Under the pieces are notes generated by a model, which saw only the letters and a program-made list of their open reading frames with translations, was not told the DNA's origin and did not search any database. A stretch of 64,000 bases of DNA from Podarcis gaigeae (Eukaryota). The stretch lies in assembly GCA_964106915.2 (NCBI GenBank), contig OZ066920.1. One strand, written 5' to 3'. Below, piece after piece: positions 39,423 to 53,775 of this stretch (positions are counted from its first letter, which is position 1; every line of letters starts with the position of its first letter). The translations under genes were made by a program, and so were the position numbers.

Positions 39423-41499
39423 TAAGCCCATGGCATGCATAGTCCTCACAATGGAGGATCTGCAACACACTTTTTCTTACATTCATGTTGGAGAGGATGG
39501 GACAAAATCTTTTCATTGCAACTTTCATCAACAGCATAGACGATGTGCCCTTAAGATACTTAAGATGAATGTTGGCTAAATTCATTGCCCTCTGAAACTT
39601 GCTGCTGCTCTCTGCTGGCAACACTATATATATATATATAAAATAGGAAAGGTAAAGATCTACCATTGAATATGTTTCCTGTTCTGTATGGAGAGAGCCA
39701 ACAAGGTTTCCCTTAGGACCTGGACTAAAACAAGTTGCACTATTTATAAAACAAATTATGTTTAATAACTATTAAAAGTACAATATATTACATTATCTGC
39801 AATGTGCCCTGTATCCATAGCACAAAAATCTCTACGTGTGTGCATTATTCTTTTAAATATTTTCTTTTTGTAACAGAAAAGACACTAAAAGCCCAAAACA
39901 AACAGATGTGCATTTTATTAATGTGATCAAGAGGATTTACCACTTGCATTTACAATAATGAAAAGTAACTACTGTTAGCACTATTTTTGTCTGGTGTTCC
40001 AATAATCCCTAAATAATTCCCACTTGCTCTTAAACATCAAACAATTTTGTGGGAGTCCAAGCATCCTCCCAGCATACTTTTCATTGTCCAATTCACACAT
40101 TAGTAGAACTACAGGATAGTCCTTCTATGACATTGTCAGAAATGGTCACGCAAACAACTTCCCCAAATTTCAGCAAGTTACCATTCATTGTTTTCCTTAC
40201 AGGAACAAAAAACAAAAACCCCACATGCCTCATAAAATGTCCCCCAAATACATCAATTCTTGCCACTGTAGTGTGTTTACAACACCAACCATGACAGCAT
40301 ATTTTAAATAGAAAAATATAAGCGACATGTCACCAAAGAGCACTGGAATCAAAACAGCTTACAGTCATGTGACAGAGGAGTAAAGAAACTTGCAATCACA
40401 TTTCCATTGATGCACCCATTGTAGGAGTGTGGAACTCCCTAGAAGAACACACTGTCGGCTGAAGCTGTTTTCATTCAAATTATGGGGAGAAGGCAACACA
40501 CAACACCTTCTCTGAGGTTCAAAATTCTACCCGTACCTTACACTGGAAATCTCATTTAAGTAGAAAATACCCCCCCAAAAAAAGCCATTTGTGTGTTGCT
40601 GCTGTAGTTAAATAGCGGGTGAAGGTTGCAAATTACAACGAGCATTATGCAACCAATCTTACAATACAATTGCTTGTAAATTTCTTCCCAGTCCCCTCAC
40701 CATTGAATCTCCTCATTTTATCATGCTAAAATATACCAACAGCCAAAATAACTCAGCCAATAAAAGAGTTAAGTAAATTCATTATTACTTTTTTAAAAAG
40801 GTATTGTAGCAATGAGAATCTCAGTATCAGCTTCTTAGTGGGCAGTTGGGTATGTAGTGGAAAGAGGTTATTGGTGGAAAGATGGGAATGAACACTTACT
40901 TGTCATAGGATACTTGGCCCTAGTTTTCATGGAGGCAGCATAACTAAACTTACCAGTAGCAAGGCAGGTGAGGGCTCACATTTATATACTTATTTATTGA
41001 TACAGGTTTTTTAAAGAGTCTTAAAAATATGAAATAAAAGCCAAATACAACATACTAAGTTAAAACAATTAAGAATGCATTAAATCAATCTCACAGGAAC
41101 TCACATGCTGAAGCCTTGTTCAAAGCGGGAGGAGATGAATACACGTCCACATGAAAATAGGATGAGCCTAGCCTTCTCCTATACATCTCCCATACATGAT
41201 AGTTTTCAATTTGTAGGGAACTATGTTTTTTATAGATGTGCAAAAGGTTTTGTGAGCCTCCACCAGCAGTTCAAAATAAGAGACAAAGACTGATCATCTG
41301 ATGCATCAAGATAAAGAATTGTTGAAAGAAGATACTTCACAGAAGGATCACATACCCAGTGATGACTAAAAGGCGGGCAAAAAGGAATAGAAAGAAGACT
41401 GACATAGTTCTGAATATAATGAGAAAGTAGAGGCAGATGGGAAATATATTCTGATATTAACAAAATAAAAACATTGTTTATCTAAAATTGTTTGCTCAC

Positions 41500-43902
41500 C
41501 TGGACTACGATTAAGCCTTCATTGTTCAAGTTTAAATCTTCACCAGGTAGGATCGGATCCTTTGCCTCACAAGCTTCTTTATTGTTCAGAGTATTGGAAT
41601 AATTTGCCTTTCTAGAGTCTGTAGTGAGAGAAACCTCCTGGCAGTAGGAGTGCAGAAATGCTCGGACTCCGTCAATCCCCACAAACTGTGAGATAGGAGC
41701 GCCACTGAAATTCACACTCCCCGACTCAAGCAGCTGAGAATTTCTCCACCTGTGCAACTTGATGACCAGTAACACAAGGAGGAAAGTGAAGAACAAGCAG
41801 GAGACAAAAGCCACTGCAAGGACCAGGTAGAAAGTGAGGTCAGACGGAGGCTCTACAGGAGCTGAGATGCTGCTCAGGTCTGAGAGGATTGCAGGGATGG
41901 TGTCAGCCAGCACCACAGTCAGAGTGGCTGAAGCAGAGAGAGGTGGCTGCCCATTGTCCTTGACTAAAACCACCAGGCTTTGCTTGAGGGCATCTTTCTC
42001 CAGAAAGAAGCGGGTCGTCCTGATCTCTCCCGTGTGGAGCCCCAGAGTGAAGAGCCCTGGCTCGGTGGCCTTGATCAGCTGGTAGGAGAGCCAGGCATTC
42101 TGGCCAGAGTCTGCATCCACGGCCACCACCTTAGTGACCAGGTAGCCTGGCTCAGAGGAGCGAGGGGCCAGCTCTATCCCCGTGGAGCCGTCAGTGGGAG
42201 GGGAGGGGTACAGTATTTGTGGAGCATTGTCATTCTGATCGAGGATGAAGAGAGTCACTGAGACGTTGGAGCTGAGTGGTGGAGAACCTCCATCCTGAGC
42301 CTTTACACGGAACCGAATGTCTCGAAACTCTTCATAATCAAAGGAGGTCAGAGCATATATAACCCCCGTCTCAGAGTTAATGGACAGATAGGAGGAGAGG
42401 CGGGAGTCACTTCTTTGGTCATCAGTGATGGAATATGTTATTCTGGCATTTTCTTCCCAGTCAAGATCATTTGCTCTTAAGGAAGAGACCATGGCTCCTC
42501 TTTGGTTATTCTCAACAAAATAGAAAGTATAGTCTGTTTTTTCAAAGAGGGGTGGGTTGTCATTTGTGTCTAAAACATGAAGTGTGATAACTGTGACTGT
42601 AGAAAGAGGGGGGACTCCATGGTCAGTAACAGTGACAGTAGTATTGAAGACTGACACCTGTTCCCTGTCAAGGGCACCATCAGTCACCAAACTGTAAAAG
42701 TTATCCATGGACTTCTTTAGCTGGAAAGGGAGGTTGCTAGGGATTGAACATGTGATTTCCCCATTGATTCCTGAATCTCGGTCTTGGACATTTAAAATGG
42801 CAATTACCGTTTGGGATGGTGAACTTTCAAGTATGGTGTTGGTGGCAAAGGTAACTGATAATTGAGGTGCATTGTCATTCAAATCCATAACAGATATCAC
42901 AATTTTTGATCTGTCACTCAGCCTTCCTCCATCTTTGGCTTGTATCTCAAATGCATATAAAGATGATTCCTCATAATCAAGATTCCCAATAAGGATGATT
43001 TCACCTGTTGTGGAATTTAATAGAAATATTTGGGAGTCGCGCTTTGTAATTTCTTGGAAAGAGTATTTAATGTCTCCATTGATCCCTTCATCCATATCAG
43101 TTGCTTTCACTGTCAAAAGTATGGACCACTTGGGAATATTCTCATTGATACTCACTTCATAGAGAGGTTGGCTGAAAACTGGTGCATTGTCATTTGCATC
43201 AATAACAACAATGTGGATTTGTAATGTGCCAGACCTGATAGGATCACCTCCATCAGTAGCTGTGAGAAGCAAATCGTAAGATGATTGTTCCTCTCTGTCC
43301 AGTGACTTTTCCAACACAAGTTCAACAAGTCTGGCACCATTTTCTTTTGTTTGCACATGCAAAGCAAAATGGCTACTGCCTGTGAGTTGATAGCTCTGCA
43401 CTGAATTTATCCCCCAATCTGGATCTTGAGCTTTGGGTAGAGGGATCTGGAATGCAGGTATAGATGCCTCACTGATTTCCAGCTCCTGTTCCCATAGAGG
43501 GAAGTGGGGAGCATTATCATTTATATCAGTAATTTCCACTTCAATTCCATAAAGCTTTAATTTGCTTTCAACAAGAACCTGAAACTTTAACATACATTTC
43601 TCTGCCTCTCTGCAGATTTCCTCTCTATCTATTCTCTCAAATATCTGCAAATGGCCATTGTTGGCATTCAAAGAAAAGTACTGAATTATACCTACAGGAG
43701 AGACAATGCGGAGTCCATGGTTTGGGAGCTGCTTGCCATCCATTCCCAGGTCCTTTGCAATATTCCCCACAGAAGAGCCTTTGTGCATCTCTTCTGGAAT
43801 GGAGTAGTGGATCTGACCAGAAACTGCCTTCCAAGAAAACATCATGAAAAGGCACTGGAAAATTCCCTTTCTGCAATTCCACAGCCTCTGAATTCCTTCC
43901 AT
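41500..43902 (-). CDS. PCDHGA: Protocadherin gamma A-like variable exon 8 (paralog of exon 6)
   Basis: ORF 41482..43902; [10 protein letters not shown]; donor CAG|GTGAGC at 41500/41499. Confidence 0.93.
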
Positions 43903-44088
43903 CCTTGCAGCAGGTTAAAGGCTCTTAAATTCTGGTTCAAAAGATCCTGTATCCAACTCTATTCTAAGGAAAATGTACTTCCATTTCTTCTTTACACTGA
44001 CAAGCAGCTTGTTCCTTCAGATATTTTGTGTTTGTGTTTAACGGAAAGGCAACTTCAGTTGGGCAGGATTTCACATTTCTGCTTGGTT

Positions 44089-44129
44089 CTGGTCAACAGT
44101 GACACCCAGAGGATCAAGCCCAGACTGCA
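44089..44129 (-). promoter_or_regulatory. CSE / CTCF site, exon 8 (CACT variant)
   Basis: Same as the exon 6 CSE. Confidence 0.82.
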
Positions 44130-44506
44130 AAAACTTCAGATATAGCTAGGATAACTATTCTTTTCCCTTAGAATTTACCCACTAAGGATAAATAAGAGTG
44201 ATGACTTTTGTTGCTGTAATCAAATTGAAAGGGAGCAGGAAAGACAAGTGTGTTTAGGGTTCCTGCCCTGCCCCATTACTGGAATTTCTGGAATAAATGT
44301 TATGGATCTTTCTCAGCAATGTTTTCTGCTCACTTTTCTAAGGGAATATTCAATAGATTTTTTCTTGATGTAGAAACAACACTAGTAAACCACCAGTACA
44401 TCTGGCACTTCACTCCTCTCAGCTCCTATTTGTTCATTCACATCTCTAGGCTGTTCATCTTCAAACTGAATTTTTATTTTTTGGTACGTGTTACATAAGC
44501 CCTACT

Positions 44507-44828
44507 GCAATAAGATCAAACGTATCCATTCTTCAGGAAATCAGCCCTGAGTACTCACTGGAAGGACAGATCCTGAAGCTGAGACTCCAATACTTTGGCC
44601 ACCTCATGAGAAGAGAAGACTCCCTGGAAAAGACCCTGATGTTGGGAAAGATGGAGGGCACAAGGAGAAGGGGACGACAGAGGACAGATGCTTGGACAGT
44701 GTTCTCGAAGCGACCAGCATGAGTCTGAGCAAACTGCGGGAGGCAGTGGAAGACAGGAGTGCCTGGCGTGCTCTGGTCCATGGGATCACGAAGAGTCAGA
44801 CACGACTAAACGACTAAACAACAACAAC
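44507..44828 (+). mobile_element. BovB (RTE) LINE 3' end
   Basis: CAATACTTTGGCCACCTCATGAGAAGAGAAGACTCCCTGGAAAAGACCCTGATGTTGGGAAAG (QYFGHLMRREDSLEKTLMLGK, RTE ORF C-terminus), (AAC)n tail, degenerate ~14-bp TSD at 44493-506 / 44829-42. Confidence 0.9.
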
Positions 44829-47014
44829 ACGTAGACCCTATTTGGGCATACACTGTCCATATATGAGCAAACACCTGAGGAGAAATATGGAGTGCTTCTT
44901 AGTCCTTTCCTGTCCAGCATTTCATCTGTACACAATCTAGATCCCTCCATGAATTTGAGGACCAAGGTCTAAGGTGGGGAGCTTACTCTACTTGTAGGGG
45001 CCCCACACATGATATAGAATTTTGCACCATCATGTTTTCTTTGCTTACACTTGAGGAGATTGTTCAAATAAGGCTGTACTGGGTAGGAGATGCACATCAT
45101 GAATGCCCCAATTCAAATCAAACTTCAACCATGAGGTCATTAGTTGTCCTTGGGCAAGACTCCCTTCCTCCTCTCTCTGGTTGAGTTCACACAGCAGTTT
45201 CCTCCGTTTACCTGATGTTTCCCTAACTATTAATTTCTGCATTATATTCAAGTTTTCACATGGCATGAAATCCACATAATTTCCATGTTATTTAATTGCA
45301 GAAAAAATCCATTTGCTGCTCCCTTAAACTCGAAAATAGCAGGAGTAAAGTGATGAAATTTGGGGCCGTATACCTGGGGGAATGAATACATGCACAGCTA
45401 TGGGTGGAATAGTTGCAATGTTATCCAATGATGTTCATTGTTGCCTCACACCATGCACACTGGTGTGAATGAAATTTAGTGGAACACGATATATTGCTCA
45501 TATATTGATATGCTGATATATTGGTCAAAAATAACACAACTGGTACTGCAGTGTGAAAGGATCATTGGAAAACAGATTAGAGGCACTAGCGTTCTGGTCA
45601 GGAAAACTAATGCAATACTTGCCACATCTAAATGCATCCTCTCACCATCTCATCCACAATATGAGAAAAATAATGCTGATCTATCTTTCTGGGTTATTAA
45701 AGGGTTACAAGGGAATGTATATCAACCATTTTCTACACTAAAGTGCTCTATAAACACCAAGTATGACTGTACAGTGCAAAGAAGGCCATGTCCTCCTTAA
45801 TTTATTGCTCACATTGTGCCTAGAAGAAAATAAAGCCAAGACGAATGCTATTAAAGCCAATTATTATTACTAAACCACACCACATTCCAGAGATAAAAAG
45901 AAGCAGGAAGAAATTGGCGACACATGCAATGGGGTGGAGCTGTGGAGCCACCCTTCAACACTAGTGTTGTTGCTGGGGCTTACCTGGTCAGGGCTGGGCT
46001 GACACAACTGTGTGGTTGGGGCTGTGCAGGTGCACCAGCAGCAGTGCTAAATGTTCCCACAGTGAAAAGCACATGACTCCAGCCTCACTCTGCCCCATCC
46101 AGGTAGGCAACAGTGTATGGGGGTGGGGGTGAATTCACCAGCTGCCCACCACCATGCATGTCACTACTGCAGGTGGGTAACTTTCAATGGCAGCTTATGA
46201 GCTCATGTGTGACAATCAGTTGTCAAGCTCAGAACAAGCATTATTAAAAACTAGCATGTGATGACCTGTTAAACCTCCAGTCATCTTTCTTGGAGATCTT
46301 GATGCTCTTCTGCTTCTTGTTCTACAAAATCAGCAGGACTAATAAAACTGCTATACTGAATTTGCTGAATGCTTTCCCCCAGAAGACAGAAAATCAAGCT
46401 TCCGATCCACTAAGCAATGCCATAATAGTTTCTTTCAAAATTAGTCTTCATCTTTCACTACAGAATATGCACTGGCAACAAACTTTTTGACACATTAGGA
46501 GCAATCCAGCATCAATGTATATGAAGCAGCAGATACAGGGGTGTGCAGCTGTATTCCCTTGCCAGATTGCATTTCCATGGGAAAGCATTCCCAGCCAAAG
46601 AGGTGAGAGGGATCTAACATTGTTATGACTCAATAATCATTTGTCACCTATGTTACTATAGCATGGAAGCATGACTGGAAATGGTATAGGTGGAAATACT
46701 AGCCACATGCACACTCACCTACATACACACTGTTGACCACAACTGTTCCAACTGGTCATAATTTCTAATCATACATTGCAAATGCTCTTAGCTGTTCTGA
46801 CTGTTAAGGAAAGGAGGAATACTGTACTGATGCAGGTAAGGAGACCACCAGGAATGCCTCCACTGAAGATCTTGGTGAACAGTTGAATTGATATGAGAAC
46901 AATCATCATCTTGAACAATCTTGTGCTAAGTTGTTTTAGAAAGGATGAGGTAAAATATTGGAGAATTTAGGAGTGCTTCATTAATCTTTTTGTGACATAT
47001 TGGGACAGTCTCCT

Positions 47015-47162
47015 TTGGGAAGTTGTGGTCTCTCCTTCCTTGTAGGTTTTTTTAGCAGACGTTGCATGGCCACCTGCCATGGATGCTCTAGCTGAGATTC
47101 CTGCATTGCAGGGGGTTGGACCAGACGACCCTTGGGTCCCTTGCAACTCTATGACTCCATGA
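47015..47162 (+). mobile_element. CR1 LINE 3' end remnant (duplicated copy of 33608-33758)
   Basis: Same motifs at the paralogous position. Confidence 0.75.
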
Positions 47163-48177
47163 GAGAAAGTCTAATTGCACCACTCATTGATCAGATACAG
47201 GCTGTGCATGAGCTCTTTTCATTCTGCAACCAGCATGCAGTCACAGGACCTGAGGGGTGCTTGTACTATTGACAGCTTTCACCAATAGTTCACCATATCA
47301 TACATTGTGCTTTTCCACCAGACCCAACTTTGTATGAGCTTTAATTTGTTTTAATTTAACTTTCTGTGTGCGTTAAATTATGGTTGCCATTAAAAAAATA
47401 TTATTATATTCATTTTTAACAATATAAAAGTTTAATAATGTAGAACATTTCTATACTCTCAATCTGAAAAATTCAAAAGCACAGATCTCCATTGTTCGTT
47501 TAAAACTTCCTTGTCTCAAACCACAAAACAGGCTTTTAGTTCTGCCTTCAACCCTTTAATGTTCAATTTCCCTTCCCTTCTTCATGAAGCCAAAAAGCAG
47601 CTCACACATTGAATGTAATTTATCCCCAGCTGATGGACAAATCTCCCTCAGTTATAAATAACCATTCCAAACATTATTAAGAACGGGAGGCTTTTGCAGA
47701 TCCCATACCCATCACAGCTCTTTCATGGCTTTGGGGCAAGATGTAAAATCCTCAGCTCTCAAGTCACTTAACCCCCATCCGAGTTCCTAGGAGCTGACTG
47801 CTTCTTGGTCTCTTGACAACAGAAACAGCTTTTTCAAAGCACCAGAGATTAATCTCTTGTTCACTCTTTTTTCCAAAATGAATTTGGGAACCAAGACTTA
47901 TGTCTGGCTATCATCAATCACCATGTAATTATCTCTGTTGGCCAACCGCCAACAAAAGATGTTCAATCCGCTATTTCCTTCCCCACAACACATAAAAAGC
48001 TCCCCACAAACTTAACCCTAATATTCAGTTTAATAATAAAAAGTTTCTCAATAAATCAATTTTTTTCAAACTTCTTGAAGAATATACAATGTAATATATT
48101 TTTATGTCTGTTTTTCTGGGTGTTTTTTTTAAGACATAACATTAAAATAGCTACATATTCAATTTTAGTCATACTAC

Positions 48178-48220
48178 GAAGGAAGGAAGGAAGGAAGGAA
48201 GGAAGGAAGGAAGGAAGGAA
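48178..48220 (+). repeat. (GGAA)10 microsatellite
   Basis: Direct reading. Confidence 0.95.
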
Positions 48221-48556
48221 GGATGGATAAGCACTGTCTCTACTCAAACATGCTATGTCATACTGTGGTCCGAGATTGTCACCCTAAGTCAGCATGCAAA
48301 TGTGCATCTGGATAATTATGACTGAGGTTCCCCCCAACTTGCAATTTTGCCCTTCAACAACTGCTAGAAGGCCCATTTCATTAGCTTGATCTGCAGCAGT
48401 AGCAGCTCAGTATACTCCCTACCTACTTCCCTGGTGACATGGCCTGAATTGTCTGGGGTGCCAGTTTGATAACACCCACTGTTTACAATTAAACTCTCAA
48501 ACAAGTGATAACAAACCTAACTCCCTTATAAAAGAAAAAAATGCAATATAACTCAC

Positions 48557-50986
48557 CGTGCTGTCATTTTCATTTTCAGAATTTAAATTACATCCACTGA
48601 CCATCAAAGAAATGTCAGAGTTGCCATTGCAAAGGATGTTCTCTGCTATTTGGACAGTGGGCTGCAGGAATGTCAACTCATTCCTCCTGGATTCAGAGGA
48701 CAGACAGACCTGATAGGAATAAGGCAAAGTTCCATCCTCATAATTGGGTGGGAATATGGCACCAGCCTTTGAGTGGGGGTCAGGAATAAAGCACTGAAGG
48801 AAAGTGGGGTTCCTTGACCTTCGAAGCTTCATCAGAATGGTCAGAATCACCGTCACCAGGAACAGAAAGGAAACCAAGGTCAAGGCCAATACCAAATAAA
48901 ACTGTAGATCAGACTGATACTCTGAGTCATTTGGTTGGAAGTTCATTTCCGGAAGAGCCTCCTGGAAGTTCTCAGCAAACACCAGGCTCAAAGTTGTGGT
49001 GGCTGAGAGAGGAGGATGCCCATTGTCCTTCACCAGGATGACCAGCCTCTGCTTCACTGCATCTCTCTCAAGTAATGCTCGGACTGTTTGCACTTCTCCT
49101 GTGTGGGAGCCAATGCTGAAGAGTGAGGGCTCTGTGGCCTGCAGGAGATGGAAGGAGAGCCAGGCATTGTGTCCCGAATCAGAGTCCACGGCCACCACCT
49201 TCGTCACCAGATAACCCGACTCAGCTGACCGAGGCACCATCTCAAAGAAAGGTGAGCCCTCTGTTGATTGTGAGGGGTACAGGATCTGTGGAGCGTTATC
49301 ATTTCGATCCAAAACACATACTGTCACTGTGGCACTGCTATTGAGTGGTGGAGAACCTGCATCTTGGGCCTTCACTTGAATCTGCAACTCCCTGAACTGC
49401 TCATAGTCAAAGGAGCGTTGGGCATAGATGATCCCAGTCTCAGAGTTAATGGAGACATAGGAGGAGAGAGGCAGGTCCTTGATGTTGCTGTGAAGGATGG
49501 AGTAAGTGATTCTGGCATTGCGATCCAGATCTGGGTCAGAGGCCTTGATGTGGAAAATTGAAGCTCCAGATGGGTTGTTCTCTGGAATGTAGGCAGTGTA
49601 GGAAGATTTTTCAAAGGCTGGTGGGTTATCATTGATATCTGAGATCTGTATAGATATGGTTTTGTGTGTGGAGAGTGGAGGTGTGCCTTTGTCTGTGGCT
49701 GTGATTGTAATATTATACTCGGGAGTCCTTTCTCTGTCAAGGGCACCATCTATGAGGAGCTTGAAGTAATTACTTGAAGATGAGACTATCAGGAAAGGTA
49801 CAAGTTCCTTCAGGTGACAAGTGACTTCTCCGTTATCCCCAGAATCCCTGTCCTGAACTTTAATGAGAGCAATCACAGCTCCAGATGTGACATCTTCTGG
49901 AACTGGGCTGGACACGGATGTAAGGATCACATCTGGAGCATTGTCGTTCTCATCAAGAACCTCAATTTCTACTTTGCAATGTGCCGCCAATCCTCCTCCA
50001 TCACTTGCCTGAATTTTCATCAAATAATATTGACTTTCTTCAAAATCAACACTTTCTATAAGTGCAATTGTTCCATCTCTGGGATCCAGATGAAACTTCT
50101 GTTTGGCTGTTTTTGGGATGTCACTGAAAGTGTAAGTGATCTCAGCATATGACCCTTCATCACTGTCAGATGCTTTGACTTGAAGCACAGAGGTTCCTTT
50201 GGGTGCACTCTCCTTCAGGCTCACTTTATAGATTGTCTGGGTGAAAGCAGGGGCATTGTCATTAATATCAATAACTGTCACCAATATTTTGGCTGTTCCG
50301 GTTTTTGGAGGTTCTCCACCATCCATGGCTGTAAGCACCATGTGGTGTGTGTGTTCCTTTTCCCTGTCCAATTGTTTCTGTAATATTAATTCTGCATATT
50401 TGCCACCATCATTGCCAGCTTGAATTTCTAGTTTGAAATATGGAGTTGAGCTCAATTGATAGTTCTGGAGGGAGTTTATTCCGATATCATCATCTTCAGC
50501 ATTTCCAAGAGCAAATCGAGTTCCCGGCAGAGTAGACTCACTCACTTTTAGCTCAATATTTTCATTCTGGAAATGTGGGGCATTATCATTGATGTCCTGG
50601 ATAAAAATATTTACGTGGAAAATATTCAAAGGACTGTGTGCCACAACTTCCAATTTGAGGACACAAGTAGATGATTTACCACAAATCTCTTCCCGGTCTA
50701 TCCTCTCATTCACATATAGGTTGCCATTTTGTTCATTCAGATCAAAGAATTGCTTTTCTGAAGAAATACCAAGCTTGCGCTTTGACAGCTCTCTTACATC
50801 CAACCCCAGATCTTTAACAAGGTTCCCCACAAAGGAGCCCTGCTCTGCTTCCTCTGGAACTGAATACTGAACCTGTTCAGACACTACCTGGCAGCCGAAC
50901 ACAGACCAGAATATGAACAGAAACAGTACTTGCCTCTTGGTGATCTTCCTTGTTCTCTCTGCCTGCTTTACTTCCATCACATCCAT
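48557..50986 (-). CDS. PCDHGB: Protocadherin gamma B-like variable exon 9
   Basis: ORF 48497..50986; GTLPYSY; donor ACG|GTGAGT at 48557/48556. Confidence 0.93.
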
Positions 50987-51213
50987 TGTTGTTTCTGATT
51001 TCCTCCTCCTTTCACTTCAGTTTTCAAGACTCCCAGTACACTTAAGTGAGATAGTACTAATGTTGTTCTTTTCAGCTGATCCCTGATAAACAGAGATTTC
51101 CTTTCTCGAGCAGCTTTTAAAATAAAAGCTTTTCCTTCCTGCTCAGCTGAAGTGTTAAGAGAGAGAAACTGCTCCAAGAGTCTCAGAAATGCTGAGCCAT
51201 GGCTGCTCCCACG

Positions 51214-51254
51214 TTGTCCAACAGTGACACTCTGAGTCCACATCGGGAACTGCT
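51214..51254 (-). promoter_or_regulatory. CSE / CTCF site, exon 9 (CACT variant)
   Basis: GCAGTTCC...GGACTCAGAGTGTCACTGTTGGACAA. Confidence 0.8.
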
Positions 51255-51978
51255 TTTACTATTTCTGTAATTCTACATAGAATTTTTCTCTAAGGTAGGG
51301 AATTGCCTTGTAATACAAGTTCACCTTTAAATGCAATCAGAAACAAATTTCTTCTCCATCACTTGTGTGCATCCTCTTCACTTTCCAGTGCCTCACCATT
51401 CAGCATCATTAATAGCTTCTTTCTTTAAAAAGGAAAAAAAACAAAACAAGAAAAACCATAGGAATAGTAGAGAGTGGATGCCTGTTGGTGAGGAAGGCTC
51501 ATCACATATAGGTTTGTTTCCAGAGCCGTCTAAAGAAATTGTGGTCTTCTAGATCATTTAAGGAGTGTAATTCCTTGTCAGGGTACACAGGGTTTGTCAA
51601 TGTCTCCTTTATTGGATCAGGAGGCAGAGGGAACTACACTTTACATCATCTCTGGCAGGAAATTCCACTTCTGTGCATACTCAGGAACATCATTTCTGGT
51701 TCAAGGTTAGGACTTTCTTACCTCTGCCCATTGACAGTTACTACCAGCACCCCACACAAAGGTGATTTTTTTTTTTTACTTGAAAAGCGGAAGAAATGGC
51801 AGGGAGGTTTAGCTAATGGTACTGATGAACCCCATTTTACACCTGAAATTAATTCAAAGAAAACTGGGTCCTCACTAAAGTGATTAAAAAAGATGGTAGA
51901 GCTTATATTTAAAATCTTCTCATAGGACCTGGACTAAAGCTAGCTGCACTCTTTATAAAAGAGATATGTAATACATTA

Positions 51979-52238
51979 CAGTGGTACCTCCAGATGCGAA
52001 CGGGATCTGTTTCGGAGCCCCGTTTGCATCCTGAATAGAATGTAAGACGCGACGGCACGTCTGCGTGTGCGCGGGTCGCGTTTTGCCGCTTCTGCACATG
52101 CGCATGACATCTTTTTGAGTTTCTGCGCATGTGCGAGTGGCAAAACCTGGAAGTAACATGTTCCGTTACTTCTGTGTTGCCACGGAGCGCAACTCGAAAG
52201 CGCTCAACCTGAAGCACATTCAACCCGAGGTATGACTG
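51979..52238. mobile_element. Tc1/mariner-type MITE
   Basis: Ends CAGTGGTACCTC / CAGTCATACCTC (rc), TA duplication; empty site with a single TA at 57518-57519 in the paralogous block. Confidence 0.88.
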
Positions 52239-53729
52239 TACTATGTTATTTGCTATCTGTCTTTCACCCAGTTTAAACATAGCATTAATATCTCTATACT
52301 TTTGCATAATTCCATTTTAAAAGTTTCTGTAAAAGAATAAAATACTGAAAGACCAAACTAACCAATGTGCATTTGATTAATGTGATCAAAATATTTTACC
52401 ACTTGTATTAACAATAATGTAATGCAACTATTTCAAGCACCATTTTTTCTCCAAGTGTTCCCAATATTACCGGTAAATCATTTCCAGTTTCTCTTTAACC
52501 GTCATACAATTTTGTGTGAATCAAAGAATTCTCACCCCATCAGCTCCAGTGCAGTTTTGATTCTGCAATGAACGTACTTCCAGGACATTGTCACAAATGG
52601 TCACCCCAACAATATCTCCAAAGTTCAGCCTCTACCAGCTACAGCTGTTTCAATAACTTGGCACAAACCTTTTAATGTTGCTTGGGGACATCTCTCTAAC
52701 CAAGGACAGTTTTCTTGTGAGTTTCTTAATGGGGTCAGAAACAGATCCCACAAATAAGTGTTTTCCGGCTTGGGATTTTTGGACATTGTCAAGCACTCTT
52801 CTTCTGACACCACAGACACATATATTTTCTGGGATTCAAAATTCTACCCTCACCTTATATTGGAAATCTCATTGGGGTAGAACCCCCCCCCCCAAAAAAA
52901 AGTTAGTATGTTGCTGTTGTTTTCTGACATAGGGTGAAGGTTCCAAGTTGTAAGGAGCATAATGCAATCAATCTTACATAATATTGCTTGCATTTTTAAT
53001 TTGCTTTAATTTGTATTAATCTATTCTGTTGTGATTTTAACTTTCTGTGTGTTTTGAATTATGGTTGTCATTTTTAAAATATTATTTTTATTCATTTTTA
53101 ATAATATAAAAGTTTAACAATGTAGAACATTTATATACTCTCAATCTAAAAAATACAAAAATACAGATTTCCATTGTTAAAACTGGACAAATCTCCATCA
53201 GTTATAAATTATAACTGTCCCAAAAATAATTAAGAAAGGGAGACTTTTGCAGATCCCATACCCGTGACGGCTCTTACATGGCTTTAGGGCAAGATGTAAA
53301 GTCCTCAGCTCTCAAGTTGCTTAACCCCCATCGGAGTTCCTAGGAGCTGACTGCTTCTTGGTCTCTTGACAACAGAAAACAGCTTTTTCAAAGCACCAGG
53401 GATTAATCTCTTATTCACTTTTTCCCCCAGAATGAATATGGGAGCCAAGATTTATGTCTGGCTATCATGAATCATCATGTAATTATCTCTGCTGGCAGAC
53501 TGTCAACAAAAGATGTTCAATCTGCTATTTCCTTCCCCATAACACATAAAAAACTGTCCACAAACTTCCTAATATTTAGTTTGATAATAAGGAGAATTTT
53601 GCCTATAACTAAAAAATTTGCAAACTTCTTGAAGCATATATTATGTAGGATGTTTTTGTGTTTGTTCTTGCATATACTGTATCTTTTTAAAGAGAGAACA
53701 TTAAAACATATTCAAATTTAGTCATGCTG

Positions 53730-53731
53730 GA

Positions 53732-53775
<44 letters not shown>

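Larger units (their letters stand above)
39906..51256 (+). repeat. Segmental duplicate of ~26181..37725 (gammaA + gammaB cassette)
   Basis: Colinear exons 6/8 and 7/9, shared BovB and CR1 insertions, duplicated shadow ORFs; offset ~13.4-13.9 kb. Confidence 0.93.
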
